A stretch of DNA of 64,000 nucleotides from the NCBI RefSeq assembly GCF_009914755.1, contig NC_060933.1. One strand, 5' to 3'. Position 1 is the stretch's first letter. Every line of letters starts with the position of its first letter. Made by a program: the position numbers and the translations under genes. Below the pieces are notes generated by a model. It was given only the letters and a program-made list of their open reading frames with translations, was not told the DNA's origin and ran no database searches. Shown piece by piece: positions 63,351-64,000 of the stretch. Source of the stretch: the human T2T-CHM13v2.0 reference genome, Homo sapiens.

Positions 63351-63541
63351 TAGTGGTTCTCATCCAGGGGTGATTTTGCCCATGGGGGCATTTGGCAATA
63401 TCTGGATACATTTTTGATTGGCTATTGGCATCTAGTTAGTAGAGGCCAGGATGGCTGCAAAACATCTTACCATGCACAGGACAGGCCCCTGCAAAGGAAT
63501 TATCAGCCCAGTGTCAATAGTGCCAAGGCCGAGAAACTCTA
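63351..63541. mobile_element. MER20
   Basis: tagtggttctca...ggggtgattttgccc...gagaaactcta; perfect 8-bp TSD CTTTAGAG at 63343 and 63542. Confidence 0.85.
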
Positions 63542-63677
63542 CTTTAGAGTAATCTCTTTGGTTGTATACAGTTGATGGTGACTGAGGGTAGCTGAAGGTT
63601 CTTAGGGGGCAGGACGGGACAGCTGATTCTGAAAAGGTGTAACAAAGAAGAATCACAACCCTTGACTTTCTTCCCAG

Positions 63678-63788
63678 AATATGCCTCCAAAGATGATCAC
63701 AGGGACTTTGCAGGAGAACTGGAAGTTCTTTGTAAACTTGGACACCATCCAAACATCATCAATCTCTTAGGAGCATGTGAACATCGAG
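63678..63788 (+). CDS. TEK: TEK exon 16 (kinase alphaC region), 111 nt
   Basis: ttcccag|AA TAT GCC TCC ... CAT CGA G|gtaag; (E)[36 protein letters not shown]. Confidence 0.98.
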
Positions 63789-64000
63789 GTAAGATGCTCT
63801 TTTCCTGTCTTTCCTGCCAGAGTTTTTATAAAACAGACAAATTCCATATGGATATAAGGAAAGATAATGATCTTAAGAATGTTGCCTATTTTTTTTAAAG
63901 TTGCATCTTCTATCTGAATGTCTGTCTAGTCCCATTTATAGACTGTGCTGTGGTTTGCCTTGTTTTTGGAGGGAGGTGCCGAGGCTGGACTATTTAGCCT

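Overview
Human genomic DNA (AT-rich, Alu/L1/MIR/L2-laden) covering the middle of TEK (TIE2 angiopoietin receptor tyrosine kinase, 9p21.2) on the + strand. The window starts in intron 1 and ends in intron 16. Coding exons 2-16 all have GT-AG boundaries and join in frame to give Ig1-Ig2-EGF1-3-Ig3-FN3x3-TM and the kinase N-lobe (aa ~18-896). Nearly all other ORFs in the track are repeat-derived or random. I found no evidence of a new gene or multi-gene system. The unexplained structure is at small scale. (1) A 58-bp non-repeat segment occurs twice in direct orientation around the transmembrane exon, and one copy sits between two copies of the exon 13 donor-flanking sequence. (2) An Alu 5' end is fused to an L1 3' end inside a single TSD. 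(3) A short L1 carries both a 3' transduction and a twin-priming inversion. (4) There is a tailless, internally deleted 5S rRNA retrocopy. (5) A hairpin-type templated insertion lies in an MST LTR. (6) Several splice-site oddities could yield micro-variant or soluble TIE2. Repeat subfamily names come from remembered consensus sequences and their boundaries are approximate.
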